Source of the DNA: Mobula hypostoma
Lineage: Eukaryota
Reading direction: 5' to 3'
DNA: 64,000 bases
Assembly (NCBI RefSeq): GCF_963921235.1
Contig: NC_086108.1
Location: forward strand, 49,478,001-49,542,000
Part shown: positions 63,758 through 64,000 of the stretch, one piece after another
Layout of the letters: each line of letters opens with the position of its first letter
How positions within the stretch are numbered: position 1 is the stretch's first letter
Notes under the pieces: model-generated
Seen by the model: only the letters and a program-made list of their open reading frames with translations
Told to the model about the DNA's origin: nothing
Database searches by the model: none
Made by a program: the position numbers and the translations under genes

Positions 63758-64000
63758 AATGTTGAAAGCCTTTGATAGAGTGGATGTGGAGTGGATGTTT
63801 CCTGTGGTGGGAGAGTCTAGGACCAGAGGACACAGCCTCAGAATACAAGGGTGTCCTTTTAGAATGGAGAAGAGGAGGAATTTTGTTAGCCAGAGAGTGG
63901 GAATCTGTGGAATTCATTGCTACAGGCTGCTGTGGAGGCCAACTAATTGGGTATACTTAAGGCAGAGGTTGATAGATTCTTGATTAGTCAGGGCATGAAG

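Larger units (their letters stand above)
61565..64000 (+). mobile_element. CR1 ORF2 remnant with two nested insertions
   Basis: QPWLTRK; QHGFLKRKSCLTNLLEFFEE; FQKAFDK; KFADNTKI; LYKALVRPHLEYCEQFWAPY; runs off the window end. Confidence 0.9.

Noticed and set aside
1..64000. Prokaryotic or viral systems (retron, DGR, defence operon, endogenous virus)
   Set aside because: All RT, nuclease and integrase remnants are assignable to CR1, Rex1/Babar, RTE, L2-like, Penelope, Gypsy or Tc1; no env, capsid or operon-like structure was seen.

Overview
Eukaryotic, transposon-dense genomic DNA, probably from a cartilaginous fish (likely a ray). This is inferred from HE1/V-SINE-type SINEs together with CR1, Rex1/Babar, RTE and Penelope families. 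I recognise no intact host protein-coding gene; all recognisable ORFs are decayed transposon proteins. Main elements: an internally deleted Ty3/Gypsy LTR retrotransposon (8952-13139) with an RTE fragment in its 5' LTR, a near-complete CR1 ORF2 (about 17750-20875), a CR1 with an internal inversion (29540-31615), a Penelope GIY-YIG element (34308-35190), a full-length decayed IR/DR Tc1 transposon (48099-49672), and several nested insertions with readable target-site duplications (TSDs). The most notable signal is a set of Penelope-derived minimal type I hammerhead ribozyme motifs (agtc-CUGACGA-stem II-GAAACGUC/gacu). They occur as short stand-alone insertions with 11-15 bp TSDs, including a young cassette at 56354-56766 with one inverted and three tandem 88-nt copies, which is retrozyme-like and suited to dimeric self-cleavage. 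A few minus-strand exon-like segments hint at a spliced host transcript but cannot be identified. Repeat boundaries were set by eye and are approximate unless TSDs are given.
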